Positions 62,485 through 64,000 of a DNA stretch of 64,000 nucleotides are shown here, piece by piece. This DNA comes from an uncultured Veillonellaceae bacterium (GTDB lineage: Bacteria; Bacillota; Negativicutes; JARBTT01). Positions within the stretch are counted from its first letter, which is position 1. Every line of letters begins with the position of its first letter. The notes under the pieces are model-generated. The model was not told the origin of the DNA, did no database searches, and saw nothing but the letters and a program-made list of their open reading frames with translations. The DNA lies in contig CAWDTA010000001.1 of NCBI GenBank assembly GCA_963805085.1, positions 160,001 to 224,000 of the forward strand, read 5' to 3'. Position numbers and translations under genes: made by a program.

Positions 62485-63438
62485 TTATAGTTCAATCGTA
62501 GTATCATCAATCGTGTTGGTTTTAAACTGCTTTTTTAAGTCGGCGACTAATTGAAATAATGCTTTATCCTTTTGCTTGGCTTCGATCATGACATCGAAAT
62601 CACGATTGAATTCCTTCACCCGTAGCAAAAATGAATGAAATTGTTCAGGATCAATAAAATCAGCATGAGCCCGGAATTTTTTATCACTCTTAGGGCTGGA
62701 AAAATGGATTTTAGGTAGAGCCCCATTCCATGTTTTTAAAATATCAGGCCAGAGATTCTGGATTGATTCGCCGTCATTACAGCAATCGTGATGGTGAATA
62801 TCGATAACCATCGGGGTTTTTACTATTTTACACAATTGCAGTGTATCTTTTGCTGTAAAGACTTTATCGTCATTTTCAAGGATAATTCTGTCTTTTATAG
62901 TAACGGGCAATGAATTGTAATGGTTGATAAAGCGCTGTATTGCTGAGGTTTTATCTTTGTAAGCGCCACCAATATGGAGGACAAGCTTTGTATTGTTATC
63001 TAGACCCATCATTTCGAATAATTTAGCATGGTAGGAAAGTGTATGAATGCTGGAATTTACCACGGTCTCATCGGGACTATTTAGTAAGGTAAAATGGTCG
63101 GGATGAGCACTGACCCGCAACTTATTTTGCTGGATATATGCGCCTAATTCAATCAATTGTTCTTTAAATTCTTCTAGGTAATCCCAATGCGCTATGATGG
63201 GGTGCGTTGCTAAAGGGATGAGTTTGGAAGTGATTCTAAAAACATGGATATGATGAAACTTATTATACTTTAAGACTCTTAGTAGGCAATCAAGATTTGT
63301 TTTTGTAAGCTTTCTTAGCTTTTTTAAACGGTCTGCCTCGGTGCTAATTTTTAAAAGATTTGTATGAGTGATCGTTTTGTTTGGCGATCCATCTAGGATG
63401 TTTAAAGCCATGGCAACATAACCGAATCTAATCAACAT
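62485..63438 (-). CDS. uvsE: UV DNA damage endonuclease
   Basis: IRFGYVAM, FRITSKLIPLATHP, RVSAHPDHF, LHIGG.Y, LENDD, D.HHH, PKIHFSSP, DVMIEAKQKD.A. Confidence 0.93.
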   Translation of the reverse strand: MLIRFGYVAMALNILDGSPNKTITHTNLLKISTEADRLKKLRKLTKTNLDCLLRVLKYNKFHHIHVFRITSKLIPLATHPIIAHWDYLEEFKEQLIELGAYIQQNKLRVSAHPDHFTLLNSPDETVVNSSIHTLSYHAKLFEMMGLDNNTKLVLHIGGAYKDKTSAIQRFINHYNSLPVTIKDRIILENDDKVFTAKDTLQLCKIVKTPMVIDIHHHDCCNDGESIQNLWPDILKTWNGALPKIHFSSPKSDKKFRAHADFIDPEQFHSFLLRVKEFNRDFDVMIEAKQKDKALFQLVADLKKQFKTNTIDDTTIEL

Positions 63439-63526
63439 AATAAGTTTACTCCTTCGTTGTTTATCAATATTATTCCCTGATTTTGCGGGAACATTCCTTT
63501 CGGTATATTGGTTGTGACTTTTACAA

Positions 63527-63544
63527 TTGTCATGTAGTTGTCAC
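63527..63544 (+). promoter_or_regulatory. OmpR/PhoB-type tandem box candidate
   Basis: TTGTCAtgtagTTGTCAC, a direct repeat with 11-bp period in the -35 position before TATACT/TATAAT. Confidence 0.45.
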
Positions 63545-63595
63545 GGAGTTAGTATACTATAATTCTATCATAGCATTTTAGAAGGGGTTATTGAC

Positions 63596-63670
63596 ATGGA
63601 ACTATTAAAAGCAATACTATCTTTGGTATTCCTTTATGTTGTTGCAACGTATAAAGTGAATAGTCGATGA
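63596..63670 (+). CDS. Candidate 24-aa single-TM small protein
   Basis: MELLKAILSLVFLYVVATYKVNSR*. AAGGGG RBS and its own terminator at 63687-63720. Confidence 0.5.
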   Translation: MELLKAILSLVFLYVVATYKVNSR

Positions 63671-63887
63671 TAAGAAATTTTTAGAGGTGCTTATCTCAAG
63701 TGTTTGAGATAGGCATTTTTAATTGATTATTTAAAATTTAATTTCGTAGTTTGTCAGTGATGTTTTTAATGGAATTTATTACAATTCTAATGCTTTTGTT
63801 GAGAAGACAGAAAGATAATTAGGTTATATTTTATTATTACAATTAATTATTATGCTACATTAGATAAACAAAATAATACAAATTTCG

Positions 63888-63917
63888 TTGACATACTTTA
63901 AAAAGGTCTGCTATTAT
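63888..63917 (+). promoter_or_regulatory. Sigma-A promoter for a gene beyond the window
   Basis: TTGACA-N18-TATTAT with an extended TG. Confidence 0.5.
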
Positions 63918-64000
63918 TAGTAAATGAAGTGAATAAATTTTGTATAGTTTGAAAAGATAAATAGTAGATATTTATAAAATCAAAGTTAACAATTGATTGC

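Overview
This is a low-GC chromosomal window from a motile, spore-forming, anaerobic Firmicute, probably a Negativicute (Selenomonadales-like). That placement is an inference from the gene content: SASP, PdaB and GerMN genes together with an ArnT-like transferase and the futalosine menaquinone pathway. The first 35 kb is mostly core genome: cfa, motAB, acpS-nnr-ndoAI-ndoA, an amidase, TPP riboswitch-thiC, thiL-tsaEB-rimI-tsaD, an EutW/EutV-like two-component pair, CIRCE-groESL, mqnEAC and guaA. groESL carries about 12 indels, almost certainly assembly errors. Downstream of guaA lies an accessory block of about 23 kb. It holds a GlcD/GlcF dehydrogenase with a NarL regulator and a CdaR-domain histidine kinase, an unannotated type I toxin-antitoxin-like locus, and a 17.4-kb anaerobic allantoate-catabolism cassette (allD, MCP, PucR, fused FdrA-YlbE, YlbF, allC, allE, carbamate kinase, pucG, two MFS transporters) bounded by a ~46-bp imperfect direct repeat. 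The most unusual signals are (1) a SASP gene split by a 2.7-kb insert between 17-bp direct repeats, whose halves rejoin in frame; (2) a stand-alone, catalytically degenerate NRPS condensation domain fused to a cyclic-nucleotide-binding domain; (3) the type I TA candidate; and (4) the repeat-flanked allantoate island. No CRISPR array, tRNA, rRNA, integrase or transposase was seen.
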